This document shows positions 1-9,954 of a stretch of 64,000 bases of DNA, piece by piece (position 1 is the stretch's first letter; each line of letters starts with the position of its first letter). Below the pieces are notes generated by a model, which worked only from the letters and a program-made list of their open reading frames with translations, searched no databases and had not been told where the DNA came from. The position numbers were made by a program, and so were the translations under genes. Source of the stretch: an uncultured Alphaproteobacteria bacterium (lineage in GTDB: Bacteria > Pseudomonadota > Alphaproteobacteria > RF32 > CAG-239); assembly GCA_944391715.1 (NCBI GenBank), contig CALXUP010000001.1, positions 13,790 to 77,789 on the forward strand. Reading direction: 5' to 3'.

Positions 1-547
1 GAAGTTTTTTCCGGAGCGGGTCTTTCATTTCCGCAACAACGGTATTTATGTCTTTGCCCTGCTCCAAAATATAATATTCAAACAAACGCCGGTTGGAAAG
101 GATATGATTTATAAGGTATTTTTCCAGAAATTCATTATCAAAAACAAATTTTCTGATAACATTGTCTTTAGCGGCCGGTTGGAATTTGGAAATATCTTTT
201 GGGGAATCGGTCTGCGGCACCTTGTTTTTTTGAAACTCCTGCTCGGCTTCCGCTTGGGCATAGGCAGCAAACAGACTTTGCGGTTTTGTCTCTGTCCTGC
301 TGATTTCTGCCGTTTGTCCGACCGGCAAAGGATTTTGCTCAGCCGGACGGCTCATATTTCCATAGCTTTCTTTTGTTTCCTGCGAGACTTTTAGCGCGGC
401 GGCCTCAATAGCCTGGCGGTTATCTTCCGGCAGAGGGGCATCGGCCTGTTTTTCCGCAATACGGGATGTTTGAGGCAAACCGGACGAAACCGTCGCCGGT
501 ATTCCCATTCGCAAATTTCTGATTATTTTAGCGTCTTTTTTTCTCAT
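1..547 (-). CDS. Hypothetical protein, 5' part only (runs off window)
   Basis: Manually read open frame from ATG at 547 (MRKKDAKIIRNLRMGIP...EMKDPLRKKL) with no stop before base 1; not in ORF track; no recognisable motif. Confidence 0.7.
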   Translation of the reverse strand, partial: MRKKDAKIIRNLRMGIPATVSSGLPQTSRIAEKQADAPLPEDNRQAIEAAALKVSQETKESYGNMSRPAEQNPLPVGQTAEISRTETKPQSLFAAYAQAEAEQEFQKNKVPQTDSPKDISKFQPAAKDNVIRKFVFDNEFLEKYLINHILSNRRLFEYYILEQGKDINTVVAEMKDPLRKKL

Positions 548-638
548 AACAAAAGTTTCCGCCGGTTTTAACCATAGTTTTATTATATCATTGTTTTGTG
601 CCTATTACCAGCGCTTTTGCAATGGTAGAATTAATTTA

Positions 639-1559
639 TCAGGCATTGCGGCTTTTGAAAATGCCGTCCTCAAATCCCTGAATGGCCTTATCGCTTTCCG
701 CCATTTCCAAACGTTTTTCGGCAATGGCGGCATAGGCCTTTTCCCGCTCGATGCCAATGTATTGCCGGCCAAGCTTTTTGGCCGTTACGGAAGTTGTGCC
801 GGAGCCGAGAAAGGGATCAAAAACAACATCGCCGGGATTGCTGGAGGCCAGAATCAGCTTGGCTATCAGTTTTTCCGGCTTTTGGGTCGGATGCGGCGTA
901 TTTTCCGGCATTGACCAAAAGGGAATCGAAATATCGGTCCAGATGTTTGACGGGTGGGTTAAACGGTATTTTTTGGCGCCGTTATCAACCCAGTCTTTCG
1001 GCTGTCCATCTTTGTCCCGGTAGGGAGCTATCACTTCTTTTTGGATTTTTACGACGTCAATGTTGAAGCAATAATTTTTGGAAACGGTAAAAAACCAAAT
1101 GTCTTCCAGGCAGTTTTTCCAGTTGTTTTGCGCACCGCGGCCTTTTTCCCGCTCCCAGGAAATGCGGTTTTGCAAAATAAAATACTTGCCGGCAATTTCC
1201 GGAACGGCTATTGAGGTTTTCCAATCGGAACAAATATAAACCGTAGCGTTATCCTTTAACAGGCGGACGGTCTTTTTGAGCCACTTGTCCAACCATTTTT
1301 TATAGGTCTTGAAGTCTGTTTCCTTAAAGGTGGTTGAGGCAAAATTTTTGGTCAGATTATACGGTGGGTCGACAATCATCAAATCTACGCATTTGTCCGG
1401 AAGGTAATCCATCGCCTTTAACGAATCCTGGCAGATTGTTTTGTTTAAAACATCGGTCAGTGCTGCCGCCTTATTTAACCTGACGGTTTTGGCAGCATAG
1501 GCTTTTTCTTCCTTTGCAGAAAGTTCTATTGTTTTATTACGCGGCGCCTTGTCTTTCAT
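639..1559 (-). CDS. Orphan beta-class N6-adenine/N4-cytosine DNA methyltransferase
   Basis: Motif IV DPPY precedes HPTQKP and motif I DPFLGSGTT; ATG at 1559 just after the HPr stop; no restriction endonuclease recognised nearby. Confidence 0.9.
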   Translation of the reverse strand: MKDKAPRNKTIELSAKEEKAYAAKTVRLNKAAALTDVLNKTICQDSLKAMDYLPDKCVDLMIVDPPYNLTKNFASTTFKETDFKTYKKWLDKWLKKTVRLLKDNATVYICSDWKTSIAVPEIAGKYFILQNRISWEREKGRGAQNNWKNCLEDIWFFTVSKNYCFNIDVVKIQKEVIAPYRDKDGQPKDWVDNGAKKYRLTHPSNIWTDISIPFWSMPENTPHPTQKPEKLIAKLILASSNPGDVVFDPFLGSGTTSVTAKKLGRQYIGIEREKAYAAIAEKRLEMAESDKAIQGFEDGIFKSRNA

Positions 1560-1563
1560 CCGG

Positions 1564-1845
1564 CTAGTCTTCGCCAAACTTATTGTCAACCAGCTCTTTT
1601 AAGGCATCCAGGGCTTGTTGTGCCTGGTTACCGGACGTTTTGACCAAAATGGTCGTTCCTTTGGCGGCAGCCAGCATCATCAACCCCATAATTGAACAAC
1701 CGCTAACGCATTGTCCAATCCGTTCAACCTCTACTTCCGCATCAAAATTTTCTACGGTTTTTACAAAAGCAGCAGCAGCTCTGGCATGCAGACCTTTACG
1801 GTTTTTAATTTCCAGCTCGGCGGAAAGCGTTTGATTCTCACTCAT
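1564..1845 (-). CDS. ptsH: HPr/NPr phosphocarrier protein
   Basis: GLHARAAA His15 motif and SIMGLMML Ser46 motif, 93 aa. Confidence 0.95.
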   Translation of the reverse strand: MSENQTLSAELEIKNRKGLHARAAAAFVKTVENFDAEVEVERIGQCVSGCSIMGLMMLAAAKGTTILVKTSGNQAQQALDALKELVDNKFGED

Positions 1846-1847
1846 CC

Positions 1848-2273
1848 TTACATCCCCAAAATCTGCGAAGCAACGTTAATGTATTTCTTTCCGGCTTCTT
1901 GGGCACCGGCAACGGTTTCTTTGAGATTTTTTTCCTTACGCAGGGATGCAATCTTAATCAACATCGGCAGGTTAACACCGGCGATAATCTCAACATTCGC
2001 ACGATCCATAATGGAGATTGCCAGGTTTGACGGCGTGCCGCCAAACATATCGGTCAAGACAACAACGCCTTGTCCGCTGTCGGTTTCTTCCACCTTTTTC
2101 AGAATCTCGGAACGACGCATTTCCATATCGTCTTCCGGGCCAATACAAACGGCTTCGATTTTATCCTGTTTGCCGACAACATGCTGCATTGCCGAAATAA
2201 ATTCCCGCGCCAGATTGCCGTGCGTTACCAGCACCAGCCCGATGATATTATTGCTGTTAGAATTGTTTGTCAT
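1848..2273 (-). CDS. manX: PTS EIIA component, mannose/fructose family
   Basis: LVTHG phospho-His motif, TDMFGGTPSN, GVNLPML; adjacent to HPr. Confidence 0.92.
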   Translation of the reverse strand: MTNNSNSNNIIGLVLVTHGNLAREFISAMQHVVGKQDKIEAVCIGPEDDMEMRRSEILKKVEETDSGQGVVVLTDMFGGTPSNLAISIMDRANVEIIAGVNLPMLIKIASLRKEKNLKETVAGAQEAGKKYINVASQILGM

Positions 2274-2692
2274 TATCTGTTACTTCCGCTTGTCCAGGTT
2301 TTTACCGCACCAAAAGACCGCAGGATATCTTCTTTGCTCTTGGCTTTGACCAGTTCATCCGCGCGGGTCTGACGCCCTTCAAAAACAATATCCTCAACAT
2401 TTTCAACCGGTACGGCATAAGTTCTTTCAACCATTTTGCCCTTGAGTTCAACAATCATCACAACTTCGGCCTCCGCCAATGTATCCCTCGTATCTTCGTG
2501 AATATCGTCCAAACGAACGGCAAGGCGGTCATCCCTTTTCAGCAAAGCTGTTTTTTTGCCGTCAAACTCCAAAACAGGCTTGTCGGGAGAACCATCGCGC
2601 GCATCAATAAAAATTGCAAGTTCCCCGTATTTGTTTTCAATAATTTCATAAAAATCCTGTTTTTCAATAAGGGTGTAATATTGTGTTTCCAT
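2273..2692 (-). CDS. Hypothetical acidic protein, first gene of PTS operon
   Basis: 139-aa ORF whose stop overlaps the EIIA start codon; no motif recognised. Confidence 0.75.
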   Translation of the reverse strand: METQYYTLIEKQDFYEIIENKYGELAIFIDARDGSPDKPVLEFDGKKTALLKRDDRLAVRLDDIHEDTRDTLAEAEVVMIVELKGKMVERTYAVPVENVEDIVFEGRQTRADELVKAKSKEDILRSFGAVKTWTSGSNR

Positions 2693-3125
2693 TGTATTTT
2701 CCAGTCAGTTAGCCTATTTGTAAGATGATACTATAATAAGCAAAAACTGTCAATTTTATGTTAATAAAATCTGTCATAACAAAAATATTTCTTCCCTCCC
2801 TCTGAATTCACTCTTTGTTTATTTTTTTGTTTCTTTATTTTCTTGTTTTTTTACTGAGATATTTGTTTTCGCTACTTTTGAATGTCCAAAAAATCCTTTT
2901 CTTACTTTTGCTTGACCAAAAGGCCGAACGTCGGCAGCGCTCAAAAAAGTCAAGCCCAACCTCATTTTCTAAGCTTTCAGCCCAAAGTTAAGGTCACTAC
3001 GTTCCAAGGCTTAGTGCTTCACTATTATCTCTTTGGGCCAAAAGCTAAGAAATTATTCGGTAATCGGGCTGGTCTAACTCCCCCTGCCCCCTCTTATCAA
3101 AGAGGGGGAATTGTTTTTAAGCTCC

Positions 3126-3153
3126 GTCATTCTCGGGCTTGACCCGAGAATCC
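3126..3153 (+). repeat. CGTC-type REP palindrome (empty site)
   Basis: GTCATTCTCGGGCTTGACCCGAGAATCC; identical copy at 48127; resembles Rickettsia RPE-4 / Neisseria dRS3-type repeats. Confidence 0.85.
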
Positions 3154-3173
3154 ACAGGCAACGGCCTGAGCTG

Positions 3174-3233
3174 TCAGTTGTTGAAATTTCTTAGATGATT
3201 CTGGGCTGTGGTATGATAATAGAATTTTCCCAT
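3174..3233 (-). CDS. Small ORF MGKFYYHTTAQNHLRNFNN (19 aa)
   Basis: AAGGAG RBS upstream; first 8 residues shared with ORFs at 27553 and 48655. Confidence 0.45.
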   Translation of the reverse strand: MGKFYYHTTAQNHLRNFNN

Positions 3234-3258
3234 TTCTTTTTAGCTCCTTGTTTTGATT

Positions 3259-3426
3259 AAAACAAAACCGCCGGAAGTTTTCTTCCTGGCGGTGGAACTC
3301 AAAAACTGTATAGACACAGTCGCCATGATTCGTCCACAAAGCGGCTTATTTTAGGCACTCCACCTCAAGGTGGATAAATCTGTAAGATGTTTTCTAGACA
3401 CCACAACCGGTCTCCCGGCTGCGGAA
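3259..3426 (-). ncRNA. C4/P4-CI-like antisense RNA leader with target region and terminator, copy A
   Basis: Hairpins CAGCCGG-GAGA-CCGGTTG, GGTGT-CTAGAAA-ACATC, TCCACC-TTGA-GGTGGA; terminator CCGCC..GGCGG-TTTTGTTTT; pairing conserved in divergent copy B; family name is inferred from architecture. Confidence 0.55.
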
Positions 3427-3429
3427 GTA

Positions 3430-3457
3430 ATCATAAACGAATCTGGGGCTTTTGCAA
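3430..3457 (-). promoter_or_regulatory. Sigma70-like promoter with GANTC in spacer
   Basis: TTGCAA-16 bp-TATGAT; equivalent promoters at 27744-27771 and 48850-48877. Confidence 0.6.
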
Positions 3458-3466
3458 GGCGAAATT

Positions 3467-4546
3467 TTATTTCTTTTTATCTTCTTCGTCTTTTTTGGAT
3501 TTTAACTGCCCGCAAGCAGCCAAAATATCCTGGCCGCGGGCAACGCGTACCGGAGCGGCATATCCGCCTTTTTCCAGCTCTCTCGAAAAAGCCATTACCC
3601 GGTTGCGGGAACTCGGCTTATAAGCGCAGCCCGGCCAGGGGTTGAACGGTATCAGGTTAAACTTTGCACCGATTTTATATTTTTTCATCAAAGCAATCAG
3701 CTGATGGGCGCAATCCAGAGAATCGTTTATGCCGTCTAACATCAGATATTCAAAAGTAATAAAACGGCTGGTAACGATTTTCTGGTATTCCTGACAAGCC
3801 TGCATGACTTCTTCCAGCGGATATTTATTGTTAATCGGCATAATTTTCGAACGCAATTCATTATTCGGCGCATGCAGACTGACAGCCAATTTAACGCCCA
3901 ATTCTTGCGCAACTCTGGTCATTTTCGGCGCAATGCCGGAAGTCGAAAGCGTTATTCGGCGTTTGGATACGGCAAGACCTTCTCCGTCCGAGATGATTTT
4001 CAGCGCAGTTATGACATTGTCCAGATTATGCAGCGGCTCGCCCATTCCCATAACAACAACGTTTGACAGGAATCTGGTTTCATTTGCAGGTGTCGGCCAT
4101 TCGTTATAAGCATCTCTTGCAACCAAAAACTGTCCGACGATTTCCCCGGCGGTCAGATTCCGGGTAATGCGCTGGCTGCCGGTATGACAAAAGGTGCAGC
4201 CGACGGCACAGCCGACCTGCGTGGAGATGCAAACGGCACCGCGGTCTTCTTCCGGAATATAAACCATTTCCACCCGCTGTCCGTCGGCAAATTCCAGCAG
4301 CCATTTGCTGGTTTTGTCCGAAGAAATCTGGCGGGTAACGACTTTCGGACGGCTGATGACATAACCGGCGCTCAATTTCTCGCGCAGGTCTTTAGACAGA
4401 TTGGTCATAGCGGAGAAATCCGTTACGCCCTGATTGTAAAGCCAGTGCCAGATTTGTTTGGCGCGAAAAGGCTTTTCTCCGAGTTTGGCAAGCTCGGCGG
4501 CAAGTTCATCCCGGCTCAAGCCGATAAGTTCGATTTTTTCGTTCAT
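3467..4546 (-). CDS. rlmN: 23S rRNA/tRNA m2A methyltransferase RlmN
   Basis: CISTQVGCAVGCTFC radical-SAM motif, MGMGEP, C-terminal AACGQL. Confidence 0.97.
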   Translation of the reverse strand: MNEKIELIGLSRDELAAELAKLGEKPFRAKQIWHWLYNQGVTDFSAMTNLSKDLREKLSAGYVISRPKVVTRQISSDKTSKWLLEFADGQRVEMVYIPEEDRGAVCISTQVGCAVGCTFCHTGSQRITRNLTAGEIVGQFLVARDAYNEWPTPANETRFLSNVVVMGMGEPLHNLDNVITALKIISDGEGLAVSKRRITLSTSGIAPKMTRVAQELGVKLAVSLHAPNNELRSKIMPINNKYPLEEVMQACQEYQKIVTSRFITFEYLMLDGINDSLDCAHQLIALMKKYKIGAKFNLIPFNPWPGCAYKPSSRNRVMAFSRELEKGGYAAPVRVARGQDILAACGQLKSKKDEEDKKK

Positions 4547-5059
4547 TTAACTCTTCTTATTGCATTTTTTGCTGATGGCCGTATAGGCTTTGTTAAACCC
4601 TTTCAGCGAATAAGTATCTTTGGTCAGGGTTCCTCTTGATGATGTTCCGGTTACAATCATCCGGGTACCGCGTTTCATTTCTTTTATCAACTCGGCATCG
4701 ACATCGCCGTTGATTGTCCAGGCCATCGTACCGTCCGTAAAGAGTTTGTCAATCGTTTTATTACCGATTTGGATTTTTACCCGGCTTTTATCTTTGTAAG
4801 TATAGCCGGCATTGATATTGATAACGTCAAAGCTTTTTTCTTGCGGGCGATGAGTTACGACCATATAAATATCTCCGCGTTTGGTATATTTTCCCTCGTC
4901 TTTGACTGGTGCAGATGCCATATAGCAAACCGAATTTTTGCCGTCTTTATAATAAAAAGCCGTCCAATCCCCGTATTCCCCTATTGACTGCGGAACGGCC
5001 GCCGATGCGGCCGTTGCGGCAAAACAAAACAAACTCAATGTGCTAAAAAACTTTTTCAT
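4547..5059 (-). CDS. Invasion-associated locus B (IalB) family exported protein
   Basis: Signal peptide, GDW..CY, DTYSLKGF..A..C; usual position upstream of rlmN in alphaproteobacteria. Confidence 0.8.
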   Translation of the reverse strand: MKKFFSTLSLFCFAATAASAAVPQSIGEYGDWTAFYYKDGKNSVCYMASAPVKDEGKYTKRGDIYMVVTHRPQEKSFDVININAGYTYKDKSRVKIQIGNKTIDKLFTDGTMAWTINGDVDAELIKEMKRGTRMIVTGTSSRGTLTKDTYSLKGFNKAYTAISKKCNKKS

Positions 5060-5156
5060 TCCCAGATACTCACAATATTGTTATTTTGCGATAATAATAT
5101 TTGAAATTTATATAAAAAATGTTAATTTCGGAGCAAAAAGCAAGGCTGGATTTGAG

Positions 5157-6377
5157 ATGTTGAGAGATAAATATCTTGATATGAGCAAAATTATCCGGGA
5201 CAAGAAAATTTTTGAACTGTTTCGGATTGTTGAAAATCACGGCGGGGTTCTGCGCTTTGTCGGCGGCGCCGTGCGCGATGCTTTGTCGGGAATTGAGGGG
5301 TTTGACCTTGACCTGGCAACAGATTTGAGCCCTGACGAGCTGGTGGAAATTTGCGAAGAAAACAACATTAAGACCGTTCCCATCGGGATTAAATTCGGGA
5401 CGGTCGGCGTTATCATTAACGGCAAAGTTCTTGAAATCACTTCCCTCAGAAAAGACACAAAAACCGACGGACGGCATGCCGAGGTTGAATTTACCGGCGA
5501 CTGGGAAATTGACGCTTCCCGCCGGGATTTGACCATTAACGCAGTATATGCCGATGAAAAGGGTAATGTTTTTGACTATTATAACGGCATTGAAGATTTG
5601 GAAAACGGCAAAATCAGATTTATCGGAAGTCCGTCAGTGCGTATTAAGGAAGATTATTTGCGCATTTTGCGTTTTTTCCGTTTCTATTCGCTTTTCGGCA
5701 AAGGTGAAATTGATCAAAAATCTCTACAAGCCTGTATAAACAACAAAGACGGAATTAAACAGCTTTCGCTGGAAAGAATCCGCGACGAACTGTTTAAGAT
5801 TTTAAAAACGCCGAGAGTGGCTGAGGTTTTGCAGATTATGAAAGATAACGAAATTCTTTCATCCATTTTGCCGGAGCCCAAGAATCTGGACAAGCTGAAT
5901 TTTTTAATCCGGTTGGTTGAAAAATACAAAATAGAGCCTAATACCCTGCGCCGGTTGTTTTTGATTTACGAGCCCGATCAAATGTTGGCCGAAAATCTGT
6001 CCAACCGCCTGAAACTGAGCAAAAAAGAAAAACAGCTGTTTTTAAGCTGGGCGGAAATTACCCCGCCGCTGCAGGATTATTTTGACGGAGCAAGCCGTAA
6101 TAAACTGATTTATCAATACGGAAAAGAATTTTGCCAAAACAAGCTGTTGCTGCAGCTGGCTCTTGAAAAAAGGGATATTCCGGATGTTTCGGCATTGCTG
6201 GAAAAAATCGAAAAATTTGAAATTCCGGTTTTTCCGCTGCGCGGCAGAGATCTTATCAGCGCCGGAATTGCGGAAAGTTCAAAAATCGGGGAAATTCTTA
6301 AAACGCTTGAAAAAGCCTGGATTGACAGCAATTTTTCCCTTACTTCGACGCAGCTGCTGCAAAAAATTGCAAAATAA
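5157..6377 (+). CDS. cca: CCA tRNA nucleotidyltransferase
   Basis: VGGAVRD, DLDLAT, RRDLTINA, EDYLRILRFFRF; start placed at ATG 5157 to avoid overlapping the divergent gene. Confidence 0.93.
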   Translation: MLRDKYLDMSKIIRDKKIFELFRIVENHGGVLRFVGGAVRDALSGIEGFDLDLATDLSPDELVEICEENNIKTVPIGIKFGTVGVIINGKVLEITSLRKDTKTDGRHAEVEFTGDWEIDASRRDLTINAVYADEKGNVFDYYNGIEDLENGKIRFIGSPSVRIKEDYLRILRFFRFYSLFGKGEIDQKSLQACINNKDGIKQLSLERIRDELFKILKTPRVAEVLQIMKDNEILSSILPEPKNLDKLNFLIRLVEKYKIEPNTLRRLFLIYEPDQMLAENLSNRLKLSKKEKQLFLSWAEITPPLQDYFDGASRNKLIYQYGKEFCQNKLLLQLALEKRDIPDVSALLEKIEKFEIPVFPLRGRDLISAGIAESSKIGEILKTLEKAWIDSNFSLTSTQLLQKIAK

Positions 6378-6443
6378 GTAATTGTTTTGTTAAGCATTTA
6401 AAGTTATACTGATTGTCAGTGATAACCAATGGGGGATGCTGTT

Positions 6444-6587
6444 ATGAAAAATGCTATATTTGTATTAACACTGATGATGGCCGTTATCTTTAGTTTTCAG
6501 GCCTTTGCCGGAACAACTTTTCTTCCGGACGCCGAAGAAGGCGGGGATCCGGATAATATAATCAGAATTACGGAAAATCTGAATTAA
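6444..6587 (+). CDS. Small secreted peptide (47 aa)
   Basis: MKNAIFVLTLMMAVIFSFQAFA/GTTFLPDAEEGGDPDNIIRITENLN; GGGGGA RBS, TATACT -10-like box, terminator downstream. Confidence 0.7.
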   Translation: MKNAIFVLTLMMAVIFSFQAFAGTTFLPDAEEGGDPDNIIRITENLN

Positions 6588-6596
6588 AAAAATGCA

Positions 6597-6630
6597 TAAA
6601 AAAACGGAGCTTTTACACTCCGTTTTTTAT
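6597..6630. terminator. Bidirectional intrinsic terminator
   Basis: AAAAAACGGAG-loop-CTCCGTTTTTT between convergent genes. Confidence 0.85.
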
Positions 6631-6644
6631 TTGACCACACTTTT

Positions 6645-9119
<2,475 letters not shown>

Positions 9120-9301
9120 TTATTAGGGAAATCATACAGCAAATTCTTGGAAGAACCAAGCAATAAATGCAAAATATTAAGCTTTTTTGACCGGTTATTC
9201 ACAAGAAAAACATCTTTTTTGCCACCGGGAAATTTATTTAATCAAAAATATTGACGAGTTTGACAAAAGATATTATATTGCAAGCCTAAATTTATATAAT
9301 T

Positions 9302-9907
9302 ATGGATGCGAATATTATTGTTAAGATTGTAAAAGGCCTCAACATCGGCGTTAAAATTCTGGGAATTTCATTAATTACTTTCATTATTTGCCTGCATATC
9401 CACATTGCCCGTAATATTGTGCCATCCCAAAACGGTATTACCATTGTGGAATACAGGCCAAGCGTCGGAAAGAATTTTTATTATATCGAACTGCCGGACA
9501 AAAAAATCCGCCCCGTTCCTTATAATCCGGAATCCCCTTTGCTGACAATGGACGGACAAAAGGTCAAACCCGGTAAGATAAAGGTTGTTAAACAGATTAA
9601 GCTTTATGATTATCAGGGATTAGAGCTGGTTGACATCGGCGACTGTCCTTCCTTTTTGGGAACAAAAGGCTGGAGCCTGCTTTATCAGAATCAGACAGAC
9701 GAAAAAAGAAAAACAATTTTCGGATTTGGCACGGAATTGTTTTGTCTGCTGGCAATTTTGATATTGTCCATAAAGGTTGTGCAATTCAGCCTTTCCAGAG
9801 TGTATTTTCTGGACAAAGGATTGTTGTCATCTACAGCCAATTTTTTAATTATTGACCTTATCCTGCTTACAATTGCGGCATTTTTGACCGTTGTTGCTGT
9901 TTATTAG
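9302..9907 (+). CDS. Hypothetical membrane protein
   Basis: 201 aa with one N-terminal and two C-terminal hydrophobic segments; terminator follows. Confidence 0.7.
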   Translation: MDANIIVKIVKGLNIGVKILGISLITFIICLHIHIARNIVPSQNGITIVEYRPSVGKNFYYIELPDKKIRPVPYNPESPLLTMDGQKVKPGKIKVVKQIKLYDYQGLELVDIGDCPSFLGTKGWSLLYQNQTDEKRKTIFGFGTELFCLLAILILSIKVVQFSLSRVYFLDKGLLSSTANFLIIDLILLTIAAFLTVVAVY

Positions 9908-9940
9908 AAAAAATCGCTGTTTTTAACAGCGGTTTTTTTA
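9908..9940. terminator. Bidirectional intrinsic terminator
   Basis: AAAAAATCGCTGTT-T-AACAGCGGTTTTTTT type hairpin between convergent genes. Confidence 0.8.
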
Positions 9941-9954
9941 TTATTTACGGTTGC

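Larger units (their letters stand above)
2792..3460. repeat. Composite palindromic repeat island A
   Basis: Shares TTCCCTCCCTCTGAATTCACTCTTT with 47483; CCCCCTCTT-AAGAGGGGG hairpin, REP and the ~250-bp right module (3211-3460 nearly identical to 48633-48880) recur in islands B and C. Confidence 0.9.

Noticed and set aside
639-1559. Calling the methyltransferase CcrM
   Set aside because: Only 306 aa, ending soon after motif I without the CcrM C-terminal domain; specificity cannot be read from sequence
3370-3645. ORF-track proteins with identical N-termini (MDKSVRCF.., MFSRHHNR..; also 48790 and 48807) and other ORFs inside the islands
   Set aside because: By-products of the repeated non-coding module; they run antisense into rlmN or mnmE and no convincing RBS was seen
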